From a bacterium (GTDB lineage: Bacteria > Zhuqueibacterota > Zhuqueibacteria > Residuimicrobiales > Krinioviventaceae), in contig CAXXMD010000003.1 of NCBI GenBank assembly GCA_963675755.2, positions 2,176,001 through 2,240,000 of the forward strand: 64,000 nucleotides of DNA, given 5' to 3'. This document shows, piece after piece, positions 1-10,071 of the stretch. Each line of letters opens with the position of its first letter. The stretch's first letter is position 1. The position numbers and the translations under genes were made by a program. Below the pieces are notes generated by a model that saw only the letters and a list, made by a program, of their open reading frames with translations, was not told where the DNA came from and made no database searches.

Positions 1-141
1 CAAGTTTATTGTAACCGGAAATGGCGAAACTCGCCACCCTGTTGATTGATTCTGTGAAATAATGTCTTGGATTTATGCGGGGCATTTTTGTATATTTAGA
101 CGATGACACATTTTTTATCTAGTTTTGGGAGTAGTTTCTGA

Positions 142-750
142 ATGAAAACCTGGAAAAACATCAAAGACGTTCAAGATCATAAATCACTATTTGTCTGGCG
201 TCATCGAAATATAAACCAGTTTTATTCCAAAATATTTACCTGGCTGTTGGGAGGCTTTGTAGCCGGAATTTTAACATCACTGTTTTTTCTTACTATTTCC
301 ATGCCTGACCTTTCCCTTCCTACCGCGAGGATTGCTTTCTTTATAGTAACAGTAGCCGGAATAATCAGTTCTTTTTACAGGGCTGTTGTTAACGGTCTGG
401 AATATCGGTTAACCGACAAGGGTGTTGTACATATTCATCCTTATGTGGGTATTGAACCTTTGGCAGAAGCCATGGGAAAAATTAAAGTTTTTAGTCCGAA
501 ATATGAGTTTATTCCCTGGACAGAGGTTAGAGAAATCAGCGATGAAGACGAAGAATTTATTCTTGTGATGAAAGAAAAAGAACCGGTTAACATTGGAGTA
601 TCTCCTCTGGCTATGTATAATGATTATGAGACAGAAAGTGAACCGGTAATATTTACAAAATGGTTCGAAAAAAAGAACCCTGCGTTTTCCAGTGTTTTAA
701 AACTGATCGTTAAAAAGGGCCGAGAGGCTAAAAAGAATAATGGCAATTAA
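142..750 (+). CDS. Hypothetical membrane protein (2 TM helices plus soluble C-terminal domain)
   Basis: 202-aa ORF; GGGAG RBS upstream; two hydrophobic segments (IFTWLLGGFVAGILTSLFFLTI; IAFFIVTVAGIISSF). Confidence 0.7.
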   Translation: MKTWKNIKDVQDHKSLFVWRHRNINQFYSKIFTWLLGGFVAGILTSLFFLTISMPDLSLPTARIAFFIVTVAGIISSFYRAVVNGLEYRLTDKGVVHIHPYVGIEPLAEAMGKIKVFSPKYEFIPWTEVREISDEDEEFILVMKEKEPVNIGVSPLAMYNDYETESEPVIFTKWFEKKNPAFSSVLKLIVKKGREAKKNNGN

Positions 751-784
751 TTAACCTGATCTTAAAAATCAGAGGAGTGACCAC

Positions 785-1579
785 ATGCCGAATCGGATTA
801 CTCCCATTGACGTATCCACCTATGCTAACCCGGAGATATTTCGGTTAGGTGAAAAAATATTCGAGAACGATCTCGTTAAATACAGATTTTTAACTGATTA
901 CGGCTTGCGTGCAACGGTAAGGGGCAAAGGCAAGTATCAGGTTGAAATGATTGTTGAAGACGAGCAATTGTTCGGTCGCTGTAATTGTGTCGCCGGCAGC
1001 AGTCCTTGCGAACACAAGGTTGCAGCTCTGTTGTCATGGCTGAACGAACCTGAAACTTTTATCAGTGTTGATAAATTAAGACGAACCATCAAGGGGTTGG
1101 ACAAGAATGCCATTGTTGAAGTCATTCTTAATCTTGTAGAGATTTTCCCGGAATTGTGTCATTTTTTCATACATCCTCAAGATACGGATGAAGTTACTTC
1201 TCTTCGGGAATATGTGGCAGATATATTTGATTTTCCACACAAGGAAAAGATAAATCCATCAGAAATAATTGAACCCAGCAAGATCCTTTTTGTCTATGCA
1301 AAATATTTACGTCATGAGAACAAGTGGCGTCAGGCAAGAATACTGTTGTTTGAGATTTTAAACCGCATTCTGGCACTGATTGACCATAATCAGTTATCCT
1401 ATCCATTTCAGGACAGCTTTATAGCGGGTATTGCTGATGATTATATTGATATTGTTTTAACAGATCCGGAACCTGATGAATCCTATCGGGAAGAGATACG
1501 CAATGAAGTAAAAGAACTACTTGAGCATCCAAGTGCAGACGAGTATGGAATCGTCCTGGAGCCTCTAAATAGTCAATAA
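785..1579 (+). CDS. SWIM zinc finger protein
   Basis: CxC-x(n)-CxH motif GRCNCVAGSSPCEHKVAALL preceded by ATVRGKGKYQV; GAGGAG RBS. Confidence 0.85.
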   Translation: MPNRITPIDVSTYANPEIFRLGEKIFENDLVKYRFLTDYGLRATVRGKGKYQVEMIVEDEQLFGRCNCVAGSSPCEHKVAALLSWLNEPETFISVDKLRRTIKGLDKNAIVEVILNLVEIFPELCHFFIHPQDTDEVTSLREYVADIFDFPHKEKINPSEIIEPSKILFVYAKYLRHENKWRQARILLFEILNRILALIDHNQLSYPFQDSFIAGIADDYIDIVLTDPEPDESYREEIRNEVKELLEHPSADEYGIVLEPLNSQ

Positions 1580-1634
1580 CTGAATACGTATATTATTAAT
1601 CAATTTCATATAACCTCAGCGAACGGAGTGTATT

Positions 1635-2732
1635 ATGGCTGAACTGTATATTCCTTTAGACTACTTGAAAAAATTCATGCATGCTTCTTTGGGTAAAGCC
1701 GGTGTACCTGAATCCGATATACCCATAGTTGTAGATGTGCTTTTGAAATCTGATATCCGTGGTATACGTTCACACGGCATTGGCCGTTTGAAAATGTATC
1801 TGGATTTTATCAAAGATGGTGTGCAGACACCGGTTACCAAGCTTGAAATTGTAAACGAGACCCCGGGAACCGCATTGATTGACGGCCATTTTGGAATGGG
1901 GCATGTTATATCCTATCAGGCTATGAATCTTGCTATTGAAAAAGCCGATAACGTAGGTATAGGCGCAGTAGCCGTGCGGAATTCCACCCATTTTGGTATA
2001 TGCGGATATTATCCTCTTATGGCGGCGGAAAAAGATATGATTGGTTTTACCGTTACCAATGCACGTCCATCTGTTGCGCCCACTTTTGGCGCAGAGCCCA
2101 TGTTTGGCACCAATCCAATAGCTTTTTCTGCACCGTCAGATGAAGGTCATCCTTATTTGTTAGATATGGCTACTTCTATTATACAGCGTGGTAAAGTTGA
2201 AACTTTGGACCGTGCAGGCAAACCTGTTCCTGAAGGTCTGATCATTGACAATGAAGGCAACTTTCAACACGATGCAACAAAGATTCTGGGATTGTTCAAA
2301 GACAGAAAAGCTGCCTTGCTAGCACTTGGAGGTTTGGGTGAAGATTTGGGCGGCCATAAAGGTTACGGTCTTGCGTTGATGGTAGAGATCCTTTCATCAG
2401 CTTTGAGTGGTGGTCCGTTCTCATGGGGACTGTCAGGGTTTGATGAAGACGGGAAAAAGATCCCGAATCGTTTGGGTCATTTCTTCATGGCTATCAAAGT
2501 TTCGAACTTTATTGATATTAACGAGTTCAAATCCATAGTGGGTAATATTCAGCGAGCAATGCGCAATGCTGAAAAACTGCCGGGACAAGATAGAATCTAT
2601 ACACATGGCGAAAAAGGTTTTATGCGCGAAGAAAAGATTAAAAAGCAAGGTGTACCCATTAACGACGCTATGCAAAAAACCATGAAAAATATTGTAAAAG
2701 ATTATGAACTCGATTTTGAACTGCCATTTTAA
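1635..2732 (+). CDS. Ldh_2 family oxidoreductase (malate/L-lactate/L-sulfolactate dehydrogenase-like)
   Basis: Family motifs RGIRSHG, VRNSTHFG, FGTNPIAF, LDMATS, GGHKGYGL. Confidence 0.92.
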   Translation: MAELYIPLDYLKKFMHASLGKAGVPESDIPIVVDVLLKSDIRGIRSHGIGRLKMYLDFIKDGVQTPVTKLEIVNETPGTALIDGHFGMGHVISYQAMNLAIEKADNVGIGAVAVRNSTHFGICGYYPLMAAEKDMIGFTVTNARPSVAPTFGAEPMFGTNPIAFSAPSDEGHPYLLDMATSIIQRGKVETLDRAGKPVPEGLIIDNEGNFQHDATKILGLFKDRKAALLALGGLGEDLGGHKGYGLALMVEILSSALSGGPFSWGLSGFDEDGKKIPNRLGHFFMAIKVSNFIDINEFKSIVGNIQRAMRNAEKLPGQDRIYTHGEKGFMREEKIKKQGVPINDAMQKTMKNIVKDYELDFELPF

Positions 2733-2744
2733 CGAGGACTAGTT

Positions 2745-4253
2745 ATGAAAGCATATGTGGGAGCGATTGATCAGGGAACCACAAGTAGTAGATTTATTAT
2801 TTTTGATCATCAGGGAAACATTGTTTCCGTAAGTCAAAAAGAGCATGAACAAATATACCCCAAACCCGGCTGGGTAGAACATAATGCCGCAGAGATTTGG
2901 GACAATACACGTGCTGTAATTACCGGAGCTTTATCTAAGGCCAATTTAAATGCCGATGATCTGGCAGCTATTGGTATTACCAATCAGCGTGAAACAACTT
3001 TGGTTTGGGACAAGGAAACCGGAAAACCTTTGTACAATGCTCTGGTATGGCAAGACACCCGTACAGACATTTTATGCAAAACACTTGAACAAAAAGCAGA
3101 TGGACAGGAAACTTTTCAAAAACATACCGGACTACCGGTATCAACTTATTTTTCCGGACCCAAGATCAAATGGTTGATCGATAATGTTGATGCGGTTAAG
3201 GAAGGTGTTGAAAAGGGCACAGCAATCTTTGGGAATATGGATACCTGGGTAGTGTGGAATCTGACCGGTGGTGCTAAAGGTGGTATGCACATTACAGATG
3301 TAACCAATGCCAGCCGTACATTGCTTATGAACATTGAAACCTTGGAATGGGATGCAGAGATGCTTTCTCTGCTTGAGGTGCCCGGGAATATGCTGCCCGA
3401 GATCCATTCTTCTTCAAAAGTATATGGAACAACAACCAAAGCAGGGTTTTTAGGCGCAGAGGTGCCCATAAGCGGTATTCTGGGTGATCAACAGGCCGCA
3501 CTGGTGGGTCAAACTGCTTTTAATGTAGGCGAAGCCAAAAATACCTATGGTACCGGTTGTTTTATGCTGCTCAATACCGGCGAAACTCCGGTGTTTAGCC
3601 AAAACGGACTGTTGACGACCGTAGGTTACCGTTTTGGTGATGCAAAACAGGTTTATGCCCTTGAAGGCTCTATTGCCATTACCGGCGCGCTTGTTCAGTG
3701 GATAAGAGACAATTTAGGTATGATCAAGTCTTCGGATGAGATAGAGTCGTTAGCGGCAACTGTTGAAGACAATGGCGGTGTTTATTTTGTACCCGCATTT
3801 TCTGGACTGTTTGCACCTTATTGGAAATCCGATGCCAGAGGTGTGATTGTTGGTCTGACACGCTATGTAAACAAGGGGCATATTGCACGCTCTGTATTAG
3901 AGTCTACCGCATTTCAGACCCGAGAGATTCTGGATGCTATGGTAAGAGATTCCGGTGTTGATCTGCAGACACTCAAGGTGGACGGCGGTATGGTTGTAAA
4001 CAAAATGCTGATGCAGTTCCAGGCAGATGTGTTGCAGGTACCGGTAGTTATGCCGCAGATAACAGAAACCACAGCTTTGGGAGCTGCTTATGCAGCGGGT
4101 CTGGCTGTAGGTTACTGGAAAGATCTGGATGACCTGCGTAAAAACTGGCAAGAAGGGCATACCTGGCAGCCAAATACAGGCTCCTCAGCTTATGATACGG
4201 GGTACAAGAAATGGTTAAAAGCTGTAGAGCGTACATTTAACTGGATTGATTGA
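2745..4253 (+). CDS. glpK: Glycerol kinase
   Basis: [53 protein letters not shown]. Confidence 0.97.
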   Translation: MKAYVGAIDQGTTSSRFIIFDHQGNIVSVSQKEHEQIYPKPGWVEHNAAEIWDNTRAVITGALSKANLNADDLAAIGITNQRETTLVWDKETGKPLYNALVWQDTRTDILCKTLEQKADGQETFQKHTGLPVSTYFSGPKIKWLIDNVDAVKEGVEKGTAIFGNMDTWVVWNLTGGAKGGMHITDVTNASRTLLMNIETLEWDAEMLSLLEVPGNMLPEIHSSSKVYGTTTKAGFLGAEVPISGILGDQQAALVGQTAFNVGEAKNTYGTGCFMLLNTGETPVFSQNGLLTTVGYRFGDAKQVYALEGSIAITGALVQWIRDNLGMIKSSDEIESLAATVEDNGGVYFVPAFSGLFAPYWKSDARGVIVGLTRYVNKGHIARSVLESTAFQTREILDAMVRDSGVDLQTLKVDGGMVVNKMLMQFQADVLQVPVVMPQITETTALGAAYAAGLAVGYWKDLDDLRKNWQEGHTWQPNTGSSAYDTGYKKWLKAVERTFNWID

Positions 4254-4342
4254 TAATTTTTGTGGGTAAGGGGACAGAGTAGGGAAGACGCGACCTCTCT
4301 TATTACGCAAACAAATACTTTTGTCTTTACATTATTATACAT

Positions 4343-4384
4343 CAGGATTCTGTGAATTTGCTGCTGCAATGAAATAGAATCCTG
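4343..4384. terminator. Inverted repeat between glpK and the sacsin-like gene (possible terminator or regulatory hairpin)
   Basis: CAGGATTCT (4343-4351) ... AGAATCCTG (4376-4384). Confidence 0.4.
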
Positions 4385-4459
4385 TATTTATCTGTTAAAT
4401 TTTAAGAATTCAAACATGGGAATAATTCCATTCTCATATCAAAACAGGTTGATAAAAGC

Positions 4460-7400
4460 ATGGCAAAGAGATATTTAGAGCAAAGTATTGACTTTTTAGG
4501 GTTTCTGGGTGCAAAGTTGAGGGATTTGAAGGGGTATTCTACACTTGCAAATGAATTGCTGCAAAATGCAGATGATGCACCAGAAGTAACCCAAGTGTCG
4601 TTTGATATTAACGAGATGGCATTGTTTGTTGAAAATAATGGTTCTTTTCGTGATAAAGATTTTGACCGTTTGCGCCGGATTGCGGCGGGTCAAAAAAGTC
4701 TTGAATTAAATACAATTGGTACATTTGGTATTGGATTTTTGTCTGTTTATCAAATTACAGATAATCCTATTATCGTTTCTGCGGGTAAAAAATGGACTTT
4801 TTATCCTGAAGCCAATGAACAACAACGTATTATCGAGATCGAAACCAAGGATTATGGTAAAACCTATTTTGGCTTTCCATGGGCAAGAAATCCCAACAGC
4901 CAGGTCCGTACAAAATTAAAACTTGAGCATATTACTGAAAAAACCATTCAGGATTTTACTTATGAATTGATGACCATATTGCCAAGGAATATTTTATTCC
5001 TGCGTAAAATTGAAAATGTGGTTGTCAAAGAAAACGGCAAAGTTATTAAAGATATATCGCGCTTGCCGGTTAAAGACAATATTATGTCTTTTAATATTGA
5101 TGAAAAACGAACAGACTGGTTTGTAATCAAAACGCATTTTAACAAAGTTGCGCTAGAGTTACGTCGCAAATTCAGTTATCATATTGAAGATAAACGTGAA
5201 GCCGATGTACAGTTGGCAATTCCGCATGATTTTTTCAAATTTCAGGGCGAGTTTTACGCCTATCTGCCAACATCACACCAGACCAGTTTGCCATTTCATA
5301 TCAATGCAGACTTTTTCACGTCTACTGATAGAAAGCGTGTATTGTTTGAAAACGATTTTCAGGCGCAATGGAACCAGTCCGCTATTCTGGCGGCTTCATA
5401 CAGTCTGATGGATAATCTTGACAAGATTTCAGAGTTTTTAGGACCACGTGAGTTTTGGAGTTTTCTGGAACGTATTTATGAAGCCTATTTAAAGTCTGTT
5501 GATGGGTATAATGCACCTGTTATTAAAAAAGTTTGGGAAATTTTACAAACCAAGCTTGCGGCTGAAAAAATTGTTTATACCAGCAAGGGTGAGTGGGTAC
5601 ATGCAAAAGACGCCTTTTTGTTAAAAGATGAAAAAGAGTATGAATTACTGCCTATTTTTGAAAAAATGGGTCTGCATATAGTCCACTTTGATCTTTATGA
5701 AAAGTTTAAACTGCTGCGCAATGAATCTATAAATGTACCGGTTTTATCTATTTATGATCTTGCAAAAGCATTAAATGCAAATGGCTTTAACAAAAACCGC
5801 GAGTTGAAAGAAGCACCGGAATGGTTTCAATCTGATTTTGAACGTGATAAACTGGCCGAGGAAATTACCCGGCTGCTTGAGCGTATTGAACCGGAAGAAA
5901 AAGAACGCGCGTTGGATGCAATTCAATCTTGCCATATTGCAATATCTTATTTGAACAAGCTTAGCGCTCCCAAGAGTTTGTGGATTGCCAGTGACGATGA
6001 AGCAAGACTTTTTGGTGATCTGGACCTTGCCTTTGTGTTTACTTCGGATTCGAACCCTAAAGGGATAAAGTCGTTAATCAGCCAGTTTGATGTCTATGCC
6101 GCAATTGATGTGGTTAATCTGGGTGTACGTGATTTGTTTGACGCATCAGATGTAAACCATTTGGAAGCTTTTTGGAACAAGGAACCCAAATCCATTATCC
6201 ATCTTATTGATTGGTTTGATCAGCACAGAACCATTATTAAAAACGATCCGGTATTGATTGATCGTATCCGTAAATTAACCATCTGGCCATCCGGATTCAA
6301 GTTGTATTCGCTGGAACAGTTGTTTATACCTGGAAATTTTGAAGACCCGTTAAACCTGTCCATGATTATTGATAAATCTATTCTCAGTCATTACCGGGAC
6401 TTGCTGAATGATCTCAAGGTCAATGAACTGAATATTGTCAATTACACCAAGGATTTTGTTCCTGAGCTTTTCAAGAACAAGAAAAAATTGCCAAAAGCAA
6501 AAAGACAAGAGTTAGTACTGCTATTGTCTCGTTACCTGGGTGAAATCTGGGGAAATGAAGAAATCCGTTTGACCTACCGGGATTTGCCCATTGTAGAGTG
6601 TAATGACGGTGTGTTCAGAAAAGCAACTGAAGTGTATTTTCACGATAACGATTTACTTTCTATTCTGGGACAGAGTGGCAAGTTTGTAAAGCAGTCCATT
6701 GAAAAAAGAAAATCACTGCTTGAATTGTATCGTTGGCTTGATATTAATACCATACCCAAACCCAATGATATTAAAGAAAAGATAAAGGCTATTACAGAAG
6801 CTATCCCGGATTTTGAAAATCGAAATACCGCACAAGAGATTTTTGCCTACCTGGGTACGGTATGGAAACAGATTGATATGAAACAGCGGGAGAATTATGA
6901 TTTTCTGAAAACTGAAAAATGGCTGCCGGTTGAAGATGATTATGAAAACTGGTATTCACCTAAAGAAGTGTATACCCGTTTCAACTCGTACCTTTTCAAG
7001 AGTCAGGTGAAATTTCTGGATATTGAGAGGCAGAAATTGTTTGGCGCATTTATCAGGTTTTTGAATATACCTTCTAAACCGGAATGCGATATGGTTGTGT
7101 CTCATATCTTGCATTGTATTAAAAACAAGCAAGATATTAATCCTTTGATCTATAAATATTTAAACCGCTATTATCAACTTGCTTGCATTGATCGGTTAAA
7201 GAATAAACCTTTTATACATTTACCCGGTGAAGGTTTCTTTACGGCGGATAAAGTTTTTCTCGGTAAACATGCTTTTGGACATTTTAGAAAACAATTGGAT
7301 GCCAAATGGTATAATTATTCTGATCTGTTGAAAAAACTGGGTGTTAAAGAAGATCCGCAACCGCGTGACGCGCTTTTTGTTATTCAGGATATTCAGAATG

Positions 7401-8179
7401 AATATGCCAGGTCTGGAAGACCGGTTTCGGATGGTATTGTAAGTATTTTGGAATATTGTTATCGTTTTATTAATGCAATGCCCGTTGAAGAGATTAAAAA
7501 AGTTAAAGAAAATATGGTTGTTGCGAATCATAAAAATATTCTGGTTTCACCGGAAAAAGTATTTTTTAATGATCGTCCCAATATATCTGCCTATCTTGGA
7601 GAAGATATAAAAAATCAGTTTGTAACATTGAGTATAAATTCATTTCGGGCAAAGCGTGCCGTTGGAGTACGAATGCTTAGTGAAGCGCTTAGTTCACATG
7701 TTGTCAAGGTTGATAAGCAAAAACAGGATGCCGAACTGGTAGCCCGTATTCAAAATCGTAAAGATTTATTTACTCAGATTGCCAGTTCCATTACCATGAA
7801 TAGTGAAGAAATGGTAAATTTTGATTTTATTGATACGCTGAATGTTTATCAGGCAGACAGCTTGCAAGTTGAATTTTCACTATCAGTTAATGGTCACAAG
7901 CAACAGGCAAAACCGGACTCGGTCAATGCCTATTATGATGCGTCCAAGAACAGTTTGTATTATTGTTCAAAAAGTGGTATCCCCTGGGCTTCTATTGCGC
8001 GCGAGCTGGCATTTCATATTCTACCATTCAAGAATGTGGGATGGTTATCGCCTGTGCTCAAAGAAGTCCTCTCCAGTGAAAGTAAAACCCAGGCATATAA
8101 CGCGTTGAGTGAATTGGGTTTTGAAATCACGGAAACCTTTAAAGAAGAAAAAGAAGAACCTGCCTTTATTATGCAATAA
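4460..8179 (+). CDS. Sacsin/Nov-like protein with N-terminal HSP90-like GHKL ATPase domain
   Basis: ELLQNADDA, NNGSFRDKDF, IGTFGIGFLSVYQITD and LPFHINADFFTSTDRK match the sacsin N-terminal ATP-binding-like domain; 1239 aa. Confidence 0.85.
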   Translation: MAKRYLEQSIDFLGFLGAKLRDLKGYSTLANELLQNADDAPEVTQVSFDINEMALFVENNGSFRDKDFDRLRRIAAGQKSLELNTIGTFGIGFLSVYQITDNPIIVSAGKKWTFYPEANEQQRIIEIETKDYGKTYFGFPWARNPNSQVRTKLKLEHITEKTIQDFTYELMTILPRNILFLRKIENVVVKENGKVIKDISRLPVKDNIMSFNIDEKRTDWFVIKTHFNKVALELRRKFSYHIEDKREADVQLAIPHDFFKFQGEFYAYLPTSHQTSLPFHINADFFTSTDRKRVLFENDFQAQWNQSAILAASYSLMDNLDKISEFLGPREFWSFLERIYEAYLKSVDGYNAPVIKKVWEILQTKLAAEKIVYTSKGEWVHAKDAFLLKDEKEYELLPIFEKMGLHIVHFDLYEKFKLLRNESINVPVLSIYDLAKALNANGFNKNRELKEAPEWFQSDFERDKLAEEITRLLERIEPEEKERALDAIQSCHIAISYLNKLSAPKSLWIASDDEARLFGDLDLAFVFTSDSNPKGIKSLISQFDVYAAIDVVNLGVRDLFDASDVNHLEAFWNKEPKSIIHLIDWFDQHRTIIKNDPVLIDRIRKLTIWPSGFKLYSLEQLFIPGNFEDPLNLSMIIDKSILSHYRDLLNDLKVNELNIVNYTKDFVPELFKNKKKLPKAKRQELVLLLSRYLGEIWGNEEIRLTYRDLPIVECNDGVFRKATEVYFHDNDLLSILGQSGKFVKQSIEKRKSLLELYRWLDINTIPKPNDIKEKIKAITEAIPDFENRNTAQEIFAYLGTVWKQIDMKQRENYDFLKTEKWLPVEDDYENWYSPKEVYTRFNSYLFKSQVKFLDIERQKLFGAFIRFLNIPSKPECDMVVSHILHCIKNKQDINPLIYKYLNRYYQLACIDRLKNKPFIHLPGEGFFTADKVFLGKHAFGHFRKQLDAKWYNYSDLLKKLGVKEDPQPRDALFVIQDIQNEYARSGRPVSDGIVSILEYCYRFINAMPVEEIKKVKENMVVANHKNILVSPEKVFFNDRPNISAYLGEDIKNQFVTLSINSFRAKRAVGVRMLSEALSSHVVKVDKQKQDAELVARIQNRKDLFTQIASSITMNSEEMVNFDFIDTLNVYQADSLQVEFSLSVNGHKQQAKPDSVNAYYDASKNSLYYCSKSGIPWASIARELAFHILPFKNVGWLSPVLKEVLSSESKTQAYNALSELGFEITETFKEEKEEPAFIMQ

Positions 8180-8182
8180 TAC

Positions 8183-8239
8183 GACAGGCAGATATTCCAG
8201 AAAGCTGTTTGTGCATATCTCTGGAATATTTTGCCTGTC
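8183..8239. terminator. Long inverted repeat just after the sacsin-like gene
   Basis: GACAGGCAGATATTCCAGA (8183-8201) pairs with TCTGGAATATTTTGCCTGTC (8220-8239), with one bulge and one G-T pair. Confidence 0.6.
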
Positions 8240-8287
8240 AAATTCGTTCTACTCCCCTAAAGTAATAGAATAAAAGTTGGGAATCAG

Positions 8288-9019
8288 GTGAAAAGTCTGT
8301 TAATACGTTTGCAAACCGTTTCGTTACCGGTTATGGATAATTTTTTGAAACGACTTGTGGATTTAAGGGTAGAGGATGAAATTCCCGATCTACTATTAAT
8401 GTTCTCTTATGATTCCTGCCTATCTGTTGGATCAAAAGCATTTAATGACCAAGATTTATTAAAGCCCCTGGATTTTTTTCATGACCAGGGTATTTTTTTG
8501 CATAAAAGTGTGCGAGGTGGCGGCTTGACGTATTACTGGCCGGGACAACTCATCTGCTATCCCTTGCTCAAACTTGGACCGAATGAGCGGAACATTCCAC
8601 AATATATGTACAATCTTGAAGAAATTGGTCTATTAACGTTGAAAGATTTTGGCGTTACTGCCAGCCGTAAACGTGAGCAAACAGCACAGATTGGTTTGTG
8701 GACAGGTGATAGAAAAATTGCATCCACCGGTATTCGGGTATCCCGATGGGTAACCAGTTATGGAATGGCCTTGAATCTTGCCGGTGACAAAACCCCGGCT
8801 GATTTTATAAAACCCTGTGGTTTGGATGGGGTAAAATTGACTACAATAGAAGAGAATACAGGTGTTAGCCCTACTCATAATGAGGCAGCAGAGCGTTTTA
8901 TGAGCCATTTTGAGAATGTATATGGACGTAAGATTGTTAAATATGAACAGAATCTATTTTTTAATGAAAAGATAGATGAATTGTTAAATGAAAATGAACT
9001 ATTGACGGAGCTTGTGTGA
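8288..9019 (+). CDS. lipB: Lipoyl(octanoyl) transferase LipB-like, divergent
   Basis: RGGGLTYYWPGQLICYP, RKIASTG, GMALN, IKPCG; first gene of the 2-oxoacid dehydrogenase operon; GTG start. Confidence 0.8.
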   Translation: MKSLLIRLQTVSLPVMDNFLKRLVDLRVEDEIPDLLLMFSYDSCLSVGSKAFNDQDLLKPLDFFHDQGIFLHKSVRGGGLTYYWPGQLICYPLLKLGPNERNIPQYMYNLEEIGLLTLKDFGVTASRKREQTAQIGLWTGDRKIASTGIRVSRWVTSYGMALNLAGDKTPADFIKPCGLDGVKLTTIEENTGVSPTHNEAAERFMSHFENVYGRKIVKYEQNLFFNEKIDELLNENELLTELV

Positions 9020-10071
9020 AATCCGATCTAATGCAAATTTTGAATGAAAAAGGTCAATGCAGCAAGAAACCTGACTTGACCCTTGATCAGATAAAAGAAC
9101 TTTATCGTAGGATGGTACTTACCCGCACCTGGAACGATAAAGCCCTGAGCTTGCAGCGACAGGGGCGAATGGGAACCTTGGGTTCGGTAAAAGGTCAGGA
9201 AGCCTCGAATGTGGGTATGGCCTTTCCGTTACAAAAGGATGACTGGTTTGTACCGGCCTTTCGGGAGTTTGGAGCTTTGTTTGTGCGCGGTGTATCTCTT
9301 AAAGACCAGTTCAGGTACTGGAATGGAGATGAACGTGGAGGGCAAATGCCTGCCGGTTCCAACATTACACCAACGCAGGTGATCGTTGCCGGACAACTAC
9401 CGCATGCTGCGGGAATTGCATTTGCTAAAAAAATTAAAAAAGAACCGGGTATGGTCTTGTGTGCTCTGGGTGACGGTGCTACTTCGCAAGGAGATTTTCA
9501 TGAAAGTATGAATATGGCATCGTTATTTAATTTGCCTGTAGTCTTTGTTGTTCAAAACAATGGCTGGGCCATCTCTATGCCGGTTCATAAACAATCGGCA
9601 TCACCAACCTTGGCAGAACGGGCGGCATCATATAATATGCACGGTGCCAGGGTTGATGGTAATGATGTATTTGCTGTGTATGAAATCATAAAAAAATATG
9701 CTGACCGTGCAAGAAAAGAGCAGAAACCGGCATTAATAGAGCTTGTTACCTATCGCCTGAGTGATCATACTACGGCTGATGATGCCAGCCGGTATCGCGA
9801 TCCTAAAGAAGTTGCCATGTGGCAAAAACGTGATCCCATTGACCGGTTGAGAAAGTATCTGCAGGAAAGCGAAAAGTGGTCAGATGCGGATGAAAAGGCT
9901 ATGGTTGAACAAATCTCGCAAGAGGTTGAAGATGCTGTAACAGAATTTGAATCCGTTACACCCATGCAGCCTCAGGAAATGTTTGCAAATATGTATCATA
10001 CCCTGCCCTGGAATTTGGTTGAACAGCAAAAAGAGGTTATGGAACTGTATAATGGCGGGGAGGTGAAATAA
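9016..10071 (+). CDS. pdhA: Pyruvate/2-oxoacid dehydrogenase E1 alpha subunit
   Basis: LQRQGRMG, TPP-binding GDGATSQGDFHE...NN, HTTADD; substrate (pyruvate vs branched-chain) not proven. Confidence 0.88.
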   Translation: MKSDLMQILNEKGQCSKKPDLTLDQIKELYRRMVLTRTWNDKALSLQRQGRMGTLGSVKGQEASNVGMAFPLQKDDWFVPAFREFGALFVRGVSLKDQFRYWNGDERGGQMPAGSNITPTQVIVAGQLPHAAGIAFAKKIKKEPGMVLCALGDGATSQGDFHESMNMASLFNLPVVFVVQNNGWAISMPVHKQSASPTLAERAASYNMHGARVDGNDVFAVYEIIKKYADRARKEQKPALIELVTYRLSDHTTADDASRYRDPKEVAMWQKRDPIDRLRKYLQESEKWSDADEKAMVEQISQEVEDAVTEFESVTPMQPQEMFANMYHTLPWNLVEQQKEVMELYNGGEVK

